Below, one piece after another: positions 1 to 11,132 of a stretch of 64,000 bases of DNA; the first letter of the stretch is position 1, and each line of letters opens with the position of its first letter. The translations under genes and the position numbers were made by a program. Origin of the DNA: Escherichia coli (lineage in GTDB: Bacteria; Pseudomonadota; Gammaproteobacteria; Enterobacterales; Enterobacteriaceae); NCBI RefSeq assembly GCF_045037415.1, contig NZ_CP173438.1. One strand, given 5' to 3'. The notes beneath the pieces were generated by a model. The model made no database searches, had not been told where the DNA came from, and saw nothing but the letters and a program-made list of their open reading frames with translations.

Positions 1-504
1 ACCTTTATTGCCGATACCTACGTCAATGATGAGCCTGATGCAGAAGAGCTGGCGGAGATCACCTTGATGGCGGCAGAAACTGTTCGTCGTTTTGGTATTG
101 AGCCGCGTGTGGCTCTGTTGTCGCACTCCAACTTTGGTTCTTCTGACTGCCCGTCGTCGAGCAAAATGCGTCAGGCGCTGGAACTGGTCAGGGAACGTGC
201 GCCAGAACTGATGATTGATGGTGAAATGCACGGCGATGCAGCGCTGGTGGAAGCGATTCGCAACGACCGTATGCCGGACAGCCCTTTGAAAGGTTCCGCT
301 AATATTCTGGTGATGCCGAACATGGAAGCTGCCCGCATTAGTTACAACTTACTGCGTGTTTCCAGCTCGGAAGGTGTGACTGTCGGCCCGGTGCTGATGG
401 GGGTGGCGAAGCCGGTTCACGTGTTAACGCCGATCGCATCGGTACGTCGTATCGTCAACATGGTGGCGCTGGCCGTGGTTGAAGCGCAAACCCAACCGCT
501 GTAA
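1..504 (+). CDS. maeB: NADP-dependent malic enzyme, C-terminal phosphotransacetylase-like domain (5' end lies outside window)
   Basis: Open frame from window edge to stop at 504; PTA-like C-terminal sequence; position upstream of eut operon as in E. coli. Confidence 0.85.
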   Translation, partial: TFIADTYVNDEPDAEELAEITLMAAETVRRFGIEPRVALLSHSNFGSSDCPSSSKMRQALELVRERAPELMIDGEMHGDAALVEAIRNDRMPDSPLKGSANILVMPNMEAARISYNLLRVSSSEGVTVGPVLMGVAKPVHVLTPIASVRRIVNMVALAVVEAQTQPL

Positions 505-796
505 TTCTTTTTTAACTCTCACGCTTACCCTGAATATTCAGGGTAAGCGGTTTAGCTGCAATATATTAGTAAAGTTTATTACTGAGTTTGCGAATAATAA
601 AAAAATCAGTATATAAAATATCTCGATATTATTTTATTTATATTCATGCGTTGTATATGAAAATTTATGCACCACAGCAAATATCTCTCCATTCTTAGTG
701 ATCTACCTCACCTTTTAAACGCGCTTGCCGAATTTTGTTATTTACTCTGACGAAAAATTGTCACGATACACGAAAGTTTTTCACAGGCGGCGACTC
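505..796 (+). promoter_or_regulatory. AT-rich leader/promoter region upstream of eutS (expected main eut promoter)
   Basis: 290-bp AT-rich non-coding region directly upstream of first eut gene; exact -35/-10 not assigned. Confidence 0.3.
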
Positions 797-1132
797 ATGG
801 ATAAAGAACGCATCATTCAGGAATTTGTGCCCGGTAAACAGGTCACACTGGCGCATCTCATCGCGCATCCCGGCGAGGAACTGGCGAAGAAAATCGGCGT
901 TCCGGATGCGGGCGCAATCGGCATTATGACGCTAACTCCCGGAGAAACGGCGATGATCGCCGGTGATTTAGCGTTGAAAGCCGCCGATGTGCATATCGGT
1001 TTTCTCGATCGTTTTAGTGGCGCGCTGGTGATTTATGGCTCGGTGGGCGCAGTAGAAGAAGCGTTATCACAAACCGTCAGTGGTTTAGGACGCTTATTAA
1101 ATTATACGCTTTGTGAAATGACCAAAAGTTAA
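797..1132 (+). CDS. eutS: ethanolamine utilisation microcompartment shell protein EutS (BMC domain)
   Basis: 111-aa product from internal ATG ([10 protein letters not shown]...); first gene of eut cluster. Confidence 0.9.
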
Positions 1133-1144
1133 TACGAGGCATTC

Positions 1145-1624
1145 ATGAAACGAATTGCGTTTGTGGGTACCGTCGGGGCAGGAAAAACAACGTTATTTAA
1201 TGCGTTGCAGGGGAATTATACCCTCGCAAGAAAAACACAGGCCGTGGAATTTAATGATAATGGCGATATTGATACGCCGGGTGAATATTTTAGCCATCCC
1301 CGCTGGTATCACGCCTTAATTACCACGCTACAGGATGTGGATATGCTGATCTATGTCCACGGCGCGAATGACCCGGAAAGTCGGTTGCCTGCCGGGTTGC
1401 TGGATATTGGCGTCAGCAAACGGCAAATCGCCGTCATCAGTAAAACGGACATGCCAGATGCTGACGTCGCCGCAACGCGAAAGTTATTGCTTGAGACGGG
1501 CTTCGAAGAGCCGATTTTCGAGCTAAACAGCCACGACCCGCAAAGCGTGCAGCAACTGGTGGATTATCTGGCATCTCTCACCAAACAGGAGGAAGCAGGT
1601 GAAAAAACTCATCACAGCGAATGA
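1145..1624 (+). CDS. eutP: EutP, P-loop GTPase/acetate kinase-like protein
   Basis: 159 aa, Walker A GTVGAGKTT; eut synteny. Confidence 0.9.
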   Translation: MKRIAFVGTVGAGKTTLFNALQGNYTLARKTQAVEFNDNGDIDTPGEYFSHPRWYHALITTLQDVDMLIYVHGANDPESRLPAGLLDIGVSKRQIAVISKTDMPDADVAATRKLLLETGFEEPIFELNSHDPQSVQQLVDYLASLTKQEEAGEKTHHSE

Positions 1625-2300
1625 TATTCGTGAAGCACACGCGCGCGGCGAACTGGCAATGTCCGTGGTTCTGCGCGCCAGCATTATTACCCCGGAAGCT
1701 CGTGAAGTGGCTGATCTGTTGGGTTTTACCATCACCGAATGTGATGAATCGATCCCGGTAACGGCGTCTGTTCCCGCCAGCGCATCAGCCGATAAAACCG
1801 AAAGCCAGCGCATCCGTGAAACCATTATCGCCCAACTGCCGGAAGGTCAGTTTACCGAAAGCCTGGTCGCGCAGCTGATGGAAAAAGTGATGAAGGAAAA
1901 ACAGTCGCTGGAACAGGGTGCACTGCAGCCGAGCTTTAAATCGGTGACCGGCAAAGGCGGCATCAAAGTTATTGATGGCAGCAGCGTCAAGTTTGGTCGT
2001 TTCGATGGCGCGGAACCGCACTGCGTAGGCTTGACTGATCTCGTGACCGGAGACGACGGCAGCAGTATGGCCGCTGGTTTCATGCAGTGGGAGAACGCCT
2101 TCTTTCCGTGGACCCTGAACTACGACGAAATCGACATGGTGCTGGAAGGGGAGCTGCATGTTCGCCACGAAGGCGAAACTATGATCGCCAAAGCGGGCGA
2201 TGTGATGTTTATCCCGAAAGGCTCCAGCATCGAATTTGGTACGACATCCAGCGTGAAATTCCTGTATGTCGCCTGGCCGGCTAACTGGCAATCCTTATGA
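1599..2300 (+). CDS. eutQ: EutQ, cupin-domain ethanolamine utilisation protein
   Basis: 233 aa; 26-bp overlap with eutP; eut synteny. Confidence 0.9.
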   Translation: MKKLITANDIREAHARGELAMSVVLRASIITPEAREVADLLGFTITECDESIPVTASVPASASADKTESQRIRETIIAQLPEGQFTESLVAQLMEKVMKEKQSLEQGALQPSFKSVTGKGGIKVIDGSSVKFGRFDGAEPHCVGLTDLVTGDDGSSMAAGFMQWENAFFPWTLNYDEIDMVLEGELHVRHEGETMIAKAGDVMFIPKGSSIEFGTTSSVKFLYVAWPANWQSL

Positions 2301-3100
2301 AAGATTTCATCACCGAAGCATGGCTAAGAGCGAACCATACGCTCAGCGAAGGCGCAGAGATCCATCTCCCTGCGGACAGTCGCCTGACGCCCTCTGCCCG
2401 GGAGTTACTGGAAAGCCGCCATCTGCGCATCAAGTTTATTGACGAGCAGGGCCGCCTGTTTGTTGACGATGAACAGCAGCAGCCGCAGCCCGTTCACGGG
2501 CTGACCAGTAGCGATGAACATCCGCAGGCGTGCTGCGAACTGTGCCGCCAGCCGGTGGCAAAAAAGCCGGATACGCTGACTCACCTGTCGGCGGAAAAAA
2601 TGGTTGCCAAAAGCGATCCGCGTCTGGGTTTTCGCGCTGTTCTCGACAGCACCATTGCGCTGGCAGTGTGGCTGCAAATTGAACTGGCAGAACCGTGGCA
2701 GCCGTGGCTGGCGGACATCCGCTCGCGTCTTGGCAACATTATGCGTGCCGATGCGCTGGGGGAACCGCTGGGCGAGCAAGCGATTGTCGGGCTTTCTGAC
2801 GAAGATCTGCATCGGCTTTCTCACCAGCCGCTGCGTTATCTCGACCACGATCATCTGGTGCCGGAAGCCAGCCACGGGCGCGATGCGGCGTTGCTCAATC
2901 TGCTACGCACCAAAGTGCGGGAAACAGAAACCGTAGCGGCGCAGGTCTTTATCACCCGCAGCTTTGAAGTATTACGCCCGGACATTTTGCAGGCGCTGAA
3001 CCGCCTTTCCAGCACGGTCTACGTGATGATGATCCTGAGCGTAACGAAGCAGCCGCTAACGGTGAAGCAGATCCAACAACGACTGGGGGAAACGCAATGA
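2297..3100 (+). CDS. eutT: EutT, ethanolamine utilisation cob(I)alamin adenosyltransferase
   Basis: 267 aa; 4-bp start/stop overlap with eutQ; synteny. Confidence 0.9.
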   Translation: MKDFITEAWLRANHTLSEGAEIHLPADSRLTPSARELLESRHLRIKFIDEQGRLFVDDEQQQPQPVHGLTSSDEHPQACCELCRQPVAKKPDTLTHLSAEKMVAKSDPRLGFRAVLDSTIALAVWLQIELAEPWQPWLADIRSRLGNIMRADALGEPLGEQAIVGLSDEDLHRLSHQPLRYLDHDHLVPEASHGRDAALLNLLRTKVRETETVAAQVFITRSFEVLRPDILQALNRLSSTVYVMMILSVTKQPLTVKQIQQRLGETQ

Positions 3101-4113
3101 TTATTAAACGTTGTCGTGAACTGGCGTTGCGAGCGCCCGCCAGAGTAGTTTTTCCGGATGCGTTAGATCAACGTGTGCTGAAAGCTGCGCAATATTTACA
3201 TCAACAAGGTCTGGCAACGCCCATTCTGGTCGCCAATCCGTTTGAACTTCGTCAGTTTGCGCTCAGTCACGGCGTGGCGATGGACGGGCTACAGGTGATA
3301 GATCCGCATGGCAACCTCGCAATGCGGGAAGAATTTGCTCATCGCTGGCTGGCCCGCGCGGGCGAAAAAACGCCGCCGGATGCGCTGGAAAAACTTACCG
3401 ATCCGCTGATGTTCGCCGCTGCAATGGTCAGCGCCGGTAAAGCGGATGTCTGTATCGCGGGCAACCTCTCTTCCACGGCGAATGTGCTGCGTGCCGGATT
3501 ACGCATTATCGGCTTGCAGCCAGGCTGTAAAACGCTCTCATCCATTTTCCTGATGCTGCCACAGTACAGCGGTCCGGCGTTGGGTTTTGCCGATTGCAGC
3601 GTGGTGCCACAGCCGACGGCGGCACAACTGGCGGATATCGCGCTTGCCAGCGCCGAAACCTGGCGCGCCATCACCGGAGAAGAACCGCGCGTGGCGATGC
3701 TGTCGTTTTCCAGCAACGGTAGTGCCCGTCACCCCTGTGTTGCCAACGTCCAGCAGGCGACAGAAATCGTCCGTGAGCGCGCACCAAAGCTGGTTGTCGA
3801 TGGCGAGTTGCAGTTTGACGCCGCCTTCGTGCCGGAAGTGGCGGCGCAAAAAGCGCCTGCCAGCCCGTTACAGGGCAAAGCTAATGTGATGGTTTTTCCG
3901 TCGCTGGAAGCCGGAAATATTGGCTACAAAATCGCACAACGACTTGGCGGATATCGTGCCGTCGGGCCATTGATACAAGGACTTGCCGCGCCGATGCACG
4001 ATCTCTCTCGTGGTTGTAGCGTGCAGGAAATTATCGAACTGGCGCTGGTGGCAGCTGTGCCGCGTCAGACAGAAGTGAACCGCGAAAGCAGTTTACAAAC
4101 ACTGGTTGAATGA
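3097..4113 (+). CDS. eutD: EutD, phosphotransacetylase
   Basis: 338 aa PTA-family sequence; overlaps eutT stop. Confidence 0.9.
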   Translation: MIIKRCRELALRAPARVVFPDALDQRVLKAAQYLHQQGLATPILVANPFELRQFALSHGVAMDGLQVIDPHGNLAMREEFAHRWLARAGEKTPPDALEKLTDPLMFAAAMVSAGKADVCIAGNLSSTANVLRAGLRIIGLQPGCKTLSSIFLMLPQYSGPALGFADCSVVPQPTAAQLADIALASAETWRAITGEEPRVAMLSFSSNGSARHPCVANVQQATEIVRERAPKLVVDGELQFDAAFVPEVAAQKAPASPLQGKANVMVFPSLEAGNIGYKIAQRLGGYRAVGPLIQGLAAPMHDLSRGCSVQEIIELALVAAVPRQTEVNRESSLQTLVE

Positions 4114-4151
4114 ACGGTCCCGTTCTGGACCCTGATAAAGAGGAAAGCACA

Positions 4152-4445
4152 ATGGAAGCATTAGGAATGATCGAAACCCGGGGCCTGGTTGCACTGATTG
4201 AGGCTTCTGACGCGATGGTTAAAGCTGCGCGCGTCAAGCTGGTTGGTGTTAAGCAGATTGGCGGCGGCCTGTGTACTGCCATGGTTCGTGGTGATGTTGC
4301 AGCCTGTAAAGCCGCGACCGATGCAGGTGCCGCAGCGGCACAGCGTATCGGCGAGCTGGTATCTGTACACGTTATCCCGCGTCCGCACGGCGACCTGGAA
4401 GAAGTCTTCCCGATCGGCCTGAAAGGCGATAGCAGCAACCTGTAA
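4152..4445 (+). CDS. eutM: EutM, major BMC shell protein
   Basis: 97 aa from internal ATG ([11 protein letters not shown]...), canonical BMC-domain sequence. Confidence 0.9.
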   Translation: MEALGMIETRGLVALIEASDAMVKAARVKLVGVKQIGGGLCTAMVRGDVAACKAATDAGAAAAQRIGELVSVHVIPRPHGDLEEVFPIGLKGDSSNL

Positions 4446-4454
4446 TCACCCTGT

Positions 4455-4490
4455 GTGACGTCGATTCGGGCGTCACGCTCTCTCCTTTTT
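4455..4490 (+). terminator. stem-loop (gtgacg..cgtcac) followed by T-rich tract between eutM and eutN; possible intra-operon attenuator
   Basis: Inverted repeat read directly; T-run about 10 nt downstream, so only a weak intrinsic-terminator-like structure. Confidence 0.25.
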
Positions 4491-4551
4491 CATTTTACCT
4501 TCTGCGGAGGGTAGGGGGAGCTTTTACCTGAAATACGCCACGGAGGCGGGT

Positions 4552-4839
4552 ATGAAACTGGCAGTCGTCACTGGACAAATTGTTTGTACCGTACGCCATC
4601 ACGGACTGGCGCATGACAAATTGCTGATGGTGGAAATGATTGATCCACAAGGTAATCCTGACGGGCAATGCGCCGTCGCCATCGACAATATTGGCGCGGG
4701 AACCGGGGAGTGGGTGTTACTGGTGAGTGGCAGTTCCGCCCGCCAGGCGCATAAAAGCGAAACGTCACCGGTCGATCTGTGCGTGATTGGCATTGTCGAT
4801 GAGGTGGTGTCTGGCGGTCAGGTCATTTTCCACAAATAA
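4552..4839 (+). CDS. eutN: EutN, BMC vertex (pentamer-type) protein
   Basis: 95 aa; synteny after eutM. Confidence 0.9.
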   Translation: MKLAVVTGQIVCTVRHHGLAHDKLLMVEMIDPQGNPDGQCAVAIDNIGAGTGEWVLLVSGSSARQAHKSETSPVDLCVIGIVDEVVSGGQVIFHK

Positions 4840-4850
4840 GGCAGAACATC

Positions 4851-6254
4851 ATGAATCAACAGGATATTGAACAGGTGGTGAAAGCGGTACTGCTGAAAAT
4901 GCAAAGCAGTGACACGCCGCCCGCCGCCGTTCATGAGATGGGCGTTTTCGCGTCCCTGGATGACGCCGTTGCGGCAGCCAAAGTCGCCCAGCAAGGGTTA
5001 AAAAGCGTGGCAATGCGCCAGTTAGCCATTGCTGCCATTCGTGAAGCAGGCGAAAAACACGCCAGAGATTTAGCGGAACTTGCCGTCAGTGAAACCGGCA
5101 TGGGGCGCGTTGAAGATAAATTTGCCAAAAACGTCGCTCAGGCGCGCGGCACACCAGGCGTTGAGTGCCTCTCTCCGCAAGTGCTGACTGGCGACAACGG
5201 CCCGACCCTGATTGAAAACGCACCCTGGGGCGTGGTGGCTTCAGTGACGCCTTCCACTAACCCGGCGGCAACCGTAATTAACAACGCCATCAGCCTGATT
5301 GCCGCGGGCAACAGCGTCATTTTTGCCCCGCATCCGGCGGCGAAAAAAGTCTCCCAGCGGGCGATTACGCTGCTCAACCTGGCGATTGTTGCCGCAGGCG
5401 GGCCGGAAAACTTACTGGTTACCGTAACAAATCCGGATATCGAAACCGCGCAACGCTTGTTCAAGTTTCCGGGCATCGGCCTTTTGGTGGTGACCGGCGG
5501 CGAAGCGGTAGTAGAAGCGGCGCGTAAACACACCAATAAACGTCTGATTGCCGCAGGCGCTGGCAACCCGCCGGTAGTGGTGGATGAAACCGCCGACCTC
5601 GCCCGTGCTGCTCAGTCCATCGTCAAAGGCGCTTCTTTCGATAACAACATCATTTGTGCCGACGAAAAGGTACTGATTGTTGTTGATAGCGTAGCCGATG
5701 AACTGATGCGTCTGATGGAAGGCCAGCATGCGGTGAAACTGACCGCAGAGCAGGCGCAGCAACTGCAATCGGTGTTGCTGAAAAATATCGACGAGCGCGG
5801 AAAAGGCACCGTCAGCCGTGACTGGGTTGGTCGCGATGCGGCGAAAATCGCGGCGGCAATCGGCCTTAAAGTTCCGGAACAAACGCGACTGCTGTTTGTA
5901 GAAACCACCGCAGAACATCCGTTTGCCGTGACCGAACTGATGATGCCGGTGCTGCCCGTCGTGCGCGTCGCCAACGTGGCGGATGCCATTGCGCTGGCGG
6001 TGAAACTGGAAGGCGGTTGCCACCACACGGCGGCAATGCACTCGCGCAATATCGAAAACATGAACCAGATGGCGAACGCCATTGATACCAGCATTTTCGT
6101 TAAGAACGGACCGTGTATTGCCGGGCTGGGGCTGGGCGGGGAAGGCTGGACCACGATGACCATCACCACGCCAACCGGTGAAGGGGTAACCAGCGCGCGG
6201 ACGTTTGTCCGTCTGCGTCGCTGTGTATTAGTCGATGCGTTTCGCATTGTTTAA
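4851..6254 (+). CDS. eutE: EutE, CoA-acylating acetaldehyde dehydrogenase
   Basis: 467 aa aldehyde dehydrogenase-family sequence; synteny. Confidence 0.9.
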   Translation: MNQQDIEQVVKAVLLKMQSSDTPPAAVHEMGVFASLDDAVAAAKVAQQGLKSVAMRQLAIAAIREAGEKHARDLAELAVSETGMGRVEDKFAKNVAQARGTPGVECLSPQVLTGDNGPTLIENAPWGVVASVTPSTNPAATVINNAISLIAAGNSVIFAPHPAAKKVSQRAITLLNLAIVAAGGPENLLVTVTNPDIETAQRLFKFPGIGLLVVTGGEAVVEAARKHTNKRLIAAGAGNPPVVVDETADLARAAQSIVKGASFDNNIICADEKVLIVVDSVADELMRLMEGQHAVKLTAEQAQQLQSVLLKNIDERGKGTVSRDWVGRDAAKIAAAIGLKVPEQTRLLFVETTAEHPFAVTELMMPVLPVVRVANVADAIALAVKLEGGCHHTAAMHSRNIENMNQMANAIDTSIFVKNGPCIAGLGLGGEGWTTMTITTPTGEGVTSARTFVRLRRCVLVDAFRIV

Positions 6255-6264
6255 GGAGTAACCG

Positions 6265-7101
6265 ATGGCGCACGATGAACAATGGCTCACCCCACGTCTG
6301 CAAACGGCGGCAACGCTGTGTAACCAGACGCCCGCCGCGACGGAATCTCCGCTGTGGCTGGGGGTGGATCTGGGCACCTGCGATGTGGTGTCGATGGTTG
6401 TCGACCGCGACGGTCAGCCGGTGGCGGTATGCCTCGACTGGGCCGATGTGGTCCGCGACGGCATCGTCTGGGATTTCTTCGGTGCGGTCACCATTGTTCG
6501 TCGCCATCTCGACACCCTTGAGCAGCAATTCGGTCGCCGTTTTAGCCATGCGGCGACCTCATTTCCTCCTGGTACGGACCCGCGTATTTCCATCAACGTG
6601 CTGGAGTCTGCCGGACTGGAAGTGAGCCATGTGCTGGATGAGCCAACCGCAGTTGCGGATCTGCTGCAACTGGACAACGCCGGTGTAGTGGATATCGGCG
6701 GCGGCACTACCGGCATTGCCATCGTGAAAAAGGGCAAAGTGACGTACTCGGCGGATGAAGCCACCGGCGGACATCACATCTCTCTGACTCTCGCCGGAAA
6801 TCGCCGTATTTCGCTGGAAGAGGCAGAGCAGTACAAACGCGGTCACGGTGACGAGATTTGGCCCGCGGTGAAACCGGTGTACGAAAAAATGGCGGACATT
6901 GTGGCCCGTCATATTGAAGGGCAGGGCATTACGGATTTATGGCTGGCGGGCGGTTCCTGTATGCAACCGGGCGTAGCGGCGCTGTTTTGCAAACAATTTC
7001 CGGCGTTACAGGTGCATTTACCGCAGCACAGTTTGTTTATGACCCCGCTGGCAATCGCCAGTAGTGGGCGAGAGAAAGCGGAGGGGCTATATGCAAAATG
7101 A
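6265..7101 (+). CDS. eutJ: EutJ, Hsp70/actin-fold chaperone-like protein
   Basis: 278 aa; actin-like ATPase motifs (VDLGT, DIGGGTTG). Confidence 0.9.
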   Translation: MAHDEQWLTPRLQTAATLCNQTPAATESPLWLGVDLGTCDVVSMVVDRDGQPVAVCLDWADVVRDGIVWDFFGAVTIVRRHLDTLEQQFGRRFSHAATSFPPGTDPRISINVLESAGLEVSHVLDEPTAVADLLQLDNAGVVDIGGGTTGIAIVKKGKVTYSADEATGGHHISLTLAGNRRISLEEAEQYKRGHGDEIWPAVKPVYEKMADIVARHIEGQGITDLWLAGGSCMQPGVAALFCKQFPALQVHLPQHSLFMTPLAIASSGREKAEGLYAK

Positions 7102-8278
7102 ATTGCAGACCGCGCTCTTTCAGGCGTTCGATACCCTGAATCTGCAACGGGTAAAAACATTTAGCGTTCCACCGGTGACGCTTTGCGGTCCGGGCGCGGT
7201 GAGCAGTTGTGGGCAGCAAGCGCAAACGCGTGGGTTGAAACATCTGTTCGTGATGGCAGACAGCTTTTTGCATCAGGCAGGGATGACCGCTGGGCTGACG
7301 CGTAGCCTGGCCGTTAAAGGTATCGCCATGACGCTCTGGCCATGTCCGGTGGGCGAACCGTGCATCACCGACGTGTGTGCAGCCGTGGCGCAGTTGCGTG
7401 AATCAGGTTGTGACGGGGTGATCGCGTTTGGCGGCGGCTCGGTGCTGGATGCGGCGAAAGCCGTGGCGTTGCTGGTGACGAACCCGGATAGCACGCTGGC
7501 AGAAATGTCAGAAACCAGCGTTCTGCAACCGCGCCTGCCGTTGATTGCCATTCCAACGACCGCCGGAACCGGCTCTGAAACCACCAACGTGACGGTGATT
7601 ATCGATGCGGTAAGCGGGCGCAAACAGGTGTTAGCCCATGCCTCGCTGATGCCGGATGTCGCGATTCTCGACGCTGTGCTAACCGAAGGCGTGCCGTCGC
7701 ATGTCACGGCGATGACTGGCATTGATGCGTTAACCCATGCCATTGAAGCGTACAGCGCGCTGAACGCTACACCGTTTACCGACAGCCTGGCGATTGGCGC
7801 CATTGCGATGATTGGTCAATCGCTGCCGAAAGCGGTGGGCTACGGTCACGACCTTGTCGCCCGCGAGAGCATGTTGCTGGCTTCATGTATGGCGGGAATG
7901 GCGTTTTCCAGCGCCGGGCTTGGGTTATGCCACGCGATGGCGCATCAGCCAGGGGCGGCGCTGCATATTCCGCACGGTCTGGCGAACGCCATGTTGCTGC
8001 CAACGGTGATGGAATTTAACCGGATGGTTTGTCGTGATCGGTTTAGTCAGATTGGTCGGGCGCTGCGAACTAAAAAATCCGACGATCGTGACGCTATTAA
8101 TGCGGTAAGTGAGCTGATAGCGGAAGTTGGGATCAACAAGCGGCTGGCTGATGTGGGTGCAACAACCGGGCATTACGGTGCATGGGCGCAGGCCGCGCAG
8201 GAAGATATTTGTCTGCGCAGTAACCCGCGTACCGCCAGCCTCGAGCAGATTGTCGGCCTGTACGCAGCGGCGCAATAA
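7091..8278 (+). CDS. eutG: EutG, iron-containing alcohol dehydrogenase
   Basis: 395 aa from internal ATG (MQNELQ...), Fe-ADH family; 11-bp overlap with eutJ. Confidence 0.9.
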   Translation: MQNELQTALFQAFDTLNLQRVKTFSVPPVTLCGPGAVSSCGQQAQTRGLKHLFVMADSFLHQAGMTAGLTRSLAVKGIAMTLWPCPVGEPCITDVCAAVAQLRESGCDGVIAFGGGSVLDAAKAVALLVTNPDSTLAEMSETSVLQPRLPLIAIPTTAGTGSETTNVTVIIDAVSGRKQVLAHASLMPDVAILDAVLTEGVPSHVTAMTGIDALTHAIEAYSALNATPFTDSLAIGAIAMIGQSLPKAVGYGHDLVARESMLLASCMAGMAFSSAGLGLCHAMAHQPGAALHIPHGLANAMLLPTVMEFNRMVCRDRFSQIGRALRTKKSDDRDAINAVSELIAEVGINKRLADVGATTGHYGAWAQAAQEDICLRSNPRTASLEQIVGLYAAAQ

Positions 8279-8280
8279 AT

Positions 8281-8464
<184 letters not shown>

Positions 8465-8494
8465 ATAAATAACAACTAACAGGGAGTAAAGGCG

Positions 8495-9721
8495 ATGGGA
8501 ATTAACGAAATCATCATGTACATCATGATGTTCTTTATGCTGATAGCTGCCGTAGACAGGATCCTGTCGCAGTTCGGCGGTTCTGCTCGTTTCCTCGGTA
8601 AGTTCGGTAAAAGTATCGAAGGATCCGGCGGTCAGTTCGAAGAAGGCTTTATGGCAATGGGCGCTCTGGGCCTGGCTATGGTCGGTATGACCGCACTGGC
8701 ACCGGTACTGGCCCACGTTCTCGGACCGGTGATTATCCCGGTTTACGAAATGCTCGGCGCAAACCCGTCAATGTTCGCCGGAACACTGCTGGCGTGCGAT
8801 ATGGGCGGCTTCTTCCTCGCCAAAGAGCTGGCGGGCGGTGACGTAGCAGCGTGGCTATACTCTGGGTTAATTCTCGGGTCGATGATGGGGCCAACGATTG
8901 TGTTTTCCATTCCGGTGGCGCTCGGCATTATCGAACCTTCTGACCGTCGTTATCTGGCGCTCGGCGTGCTGGCGGGCATAGTGACCATTCCGATTGGCTG
9001 TATCGCTGGTGGTCTGGTAGCGATGTACTCCGGTGTGCAGATCAACGGCCAGCCTGTTGAATTCACCTTTGCGCTGATCCTGATGAACATGATCCCGGTA
9101 CTTATCGTTGCGGTGCTGGTGGCGCTGGGGCTGAAATTCATCCCGGAAAAAATGATCAACGGCTTCCAGATCTTCGCCAAATTCCTCGTTGCATTGATCA
9201 CCCTCGGTCTTGCCGCTGCGGTAGTGAAATTCCTCCTTGGCTGGGAACTGATCCCGGGCCTTGATCCTATCTTTATGGCCCCTGGCGATAAACCCGGTGA
9301 AGTGATGCGCGCCATTGAAGTTATCGGCTCGATCTCCTGCGTTCTGTTAGGGGCGTATCCAATGGTACTGCTGCTGACTCGCTGGTTTGAAAAACCGCTG
9401 ATGAGCGTCGGTAAGGTGCTGAATATGAACAATATCGCGGCAGCCGGCATGGTGGCAACGCTTGCCAACAACATTCCGATGTTTGGCATGATGAAGCAGA
9501 TGGATACCCGCGGCAAAGTCATCAACTGTGCCTTCGCCGTTTCCGCTGCTTTCGCGCTGGGCGACCATTTAGGCTTCGCCGCTGCCAACATGAACGCCAT
9601 GATCTTCCCGATGATTGTCGGCAAATTGATCGGCGGCGTAACGGCAATTGGCGTGGCGATGATGCTGGTGCCAAAAGAAGACGCGAGCGCGGCTAAAACC
9701 GAAGCGGAGGCGCAATCGTGA
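8495..9721 (+). CDS. eutH: EutH, ethanolamine permease
   Basis: 408 aa polytopic membrane protein; synteny. Confidence 0.9.
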   Translation: MGINEIIMYIMMFFMLIAAVDRILSQFGGSARFLGKFGKSIEGSGGQFEEGFMAMGALGLAMVGMTALAPVLAHVLGPVIIPVYEMLGANPSMFAGTLLACDMGGFFLAKELAGGDVAAWLYSGLILGSMMGPTIVFSIPVALGIIEPSDRRYLALGVLAGIVTIPIGCIAGGLVAMYSGVQINGQPVEFTFALILMNMIPVLIVAVLVALGLKFIPEKMINGFQIFAKFLVALITLGLAAAVVKFLLGWELIPGLDPIFMAPGDKPGEVMRAIEVIGSISCVLLGAYPMVLLLTRWFEKPLMSVGKVLNMNNIAAAGMVATLANNIPMFGMMKQMDTRGKVINCAFAVSAAFALGDHLGFAAANMNAMIFPMIVGKLIGGVTAIGVAMMLVPKEDASAAKTEAEAQS

Positions 9722-11121
9722 ACACTCGCCAGCTACTGAGCGTCGGTATCGATATCGGCACCACCACCACCCAGGTGATCTTCTCCCACCTGGAGCTGGT
9801 TAACCGTGCGGCGGTGTCGCAGGTGCCGCGCTACGAATTCATCAAACGCGAAATTAGCTGGCAAAGCCCGGTGTTCTTTACCCCTGTCGATAAACAGGGT
9901 GGTTTAAAAGAAGCGGAACTGAAAACCTTAATCCTCGAGCAATATCAGGCTGCGGGCATTGCGCCGGAAAGCGTTGATTCTGGTGCCATCATCATCACCG
10001 GTGAAAGCGCGAAAACCCGCAACGCTCGCCCGGCGGTGATGGCGCTCTCTCGGTCGCTGGGCGATTTTGTCGTCGCCAGCGCCGGGCCGCATCTCGAATC
10101 CGTGATCGCCGGTCACGGTGCCGGGGCGCAAACCCTTTCTGAACAACGGCTGTGTCGGGTACTGAATATCGACATCGGCGGTGGCACCGCGAACTACGCC
10201 CTGTTCGATGCCGGAAAAATCAGCGGCACTGCCTGCCTCAACGTCGGCGGTCGCCTGCTGGAAACCGACAGCCAGGGGCGCGTGGTTTACGCTCATAAAC
10301 CGGGGCAGATGATTGTGGATGAGTGCTTCGGCCCAGGCACTGACGCCCGTTCGCTGACCGGCGCGCAATTGGCGCAGGTTACCCGCCGGATGGCGGAACT
10401 GATTGTCGAAGTGATTGACGGAACGCTCTCGCCGCTCGCGCAGGCATTGATGCAAACCGGTTTGCTGCCCGCAGGTGTTACGCCCGAAATCATTACGCTT
10501 TCTGGCGGGGTAGGCGAATGTTATCGCCACCAGCCCGCCGACCCGTTCTGTTTTGCCGATATCGGCCCGCTTCTGGCAACGGCGCTGCATGACCATCCGC
10601 GTCTGCGTGAGATGAACGTGCAGTTTCCGGCGCAAACCGTGCGCGCCACGGTGATTGGCGCGGGTGCACATACCCTTTCGCTCTCTGGCAGCACAATATG
10701 GCTGGAGGGCGTACAACTGCCGCTGCGCAATTTGCCGGTGGCGATCCCGATTGATGAAACGGATCTGGTCAGTGCCTGGCAACAGGCGCTGATTCAACTG
10801 GATCTTTGCCCCAAAACTGACGCGTACGTGCTGGCGCTTCCCGCCTCGCTGCCTGTGCGTTACGCCGCGGTACTGACGGTCATCAACGCGCTGGTCGATT
10901 TCGTCGCGCGTTTTCCGAATCCGCATCCCCTGCTGGTGGTGGCCGGGCAGGACTTTGGTAAAGCTCTGGGCATGTTGTTGCGCCCACAGCTACAACAACT
11001 CCCGTTGGCAGTCATTGACGAAGTGATTGTCCGCGCGGGGGACTATATCGACATTGGTACGCCTCTTTTTGGCGGATCGGTTGTGCCGGTGACGGTGAAA
11101 TCACTCGCATTTCCTTCCTGA
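9718..11121 (+). CDS. eutA: EutA, ethanolamine ammonia-lyase reactivating factor
   Basis: 467 aa; overlaps eutH stop; synteny. Confidence 0.9.
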   Translation: MNTRQLLSVGIDIGTTTTQVIFSHLELVNRAAVSQVPRYEFIKREISWQSPVFFTPVDKQGGLKEAELKTLILEQYQAAGIAPESVDSGAIIITGESAKTRNARPAVMALSRSLGDFVVASAGPHLESVIAGHGAGAQTLSEQRLCRVLNIDIGGGTANYALFDAGKISGTACLNVGGRLLETDSQGRVVYAHKPGQMIVDECFGPGTDARSLTGAQLAQVTRRMAELIVEVIDGTLSPLAQALMQTGLLPAGVTPEIITLSGGVGECYRHQPADPFCFADIGPLLATALHDHPRLREMNVQFPAQTVRATVIGAGAHTLSLSGSTIWLEGVQLPLRNLPVAIPIDETDLVSAWQQALIQLDLCPKTDAYVLALPASLPVRYAAVLTVINALVDFVARFPNPHPLLVVAGQDFGKALGMLLRPQLQQLPLAVIDEVIVRAGDYIDIGTPLFGGSVVPVTVKSLAFPS

Positions 11122-11132
11122 GGGAACGACTT

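Noticed and set aside
9928-10926. 332-aa minus-strand ORF inside eutA, and similar long antisense ORFs (5412..6041 and 5612..6247 in eutE, 26674..27381 in cysA, 37407..38048 in ligA, 45399..46499 in gltX, 19255..20181 opposite yfeX, 55676..56368 in glk, 58335..59123 in ypdF)
   Set aside because: All lie entirely within well-supported sense genes, encode Arg/His/Gln-rich low-complexity products typical of GC-rich shadow frames, and have no recognisable family features.
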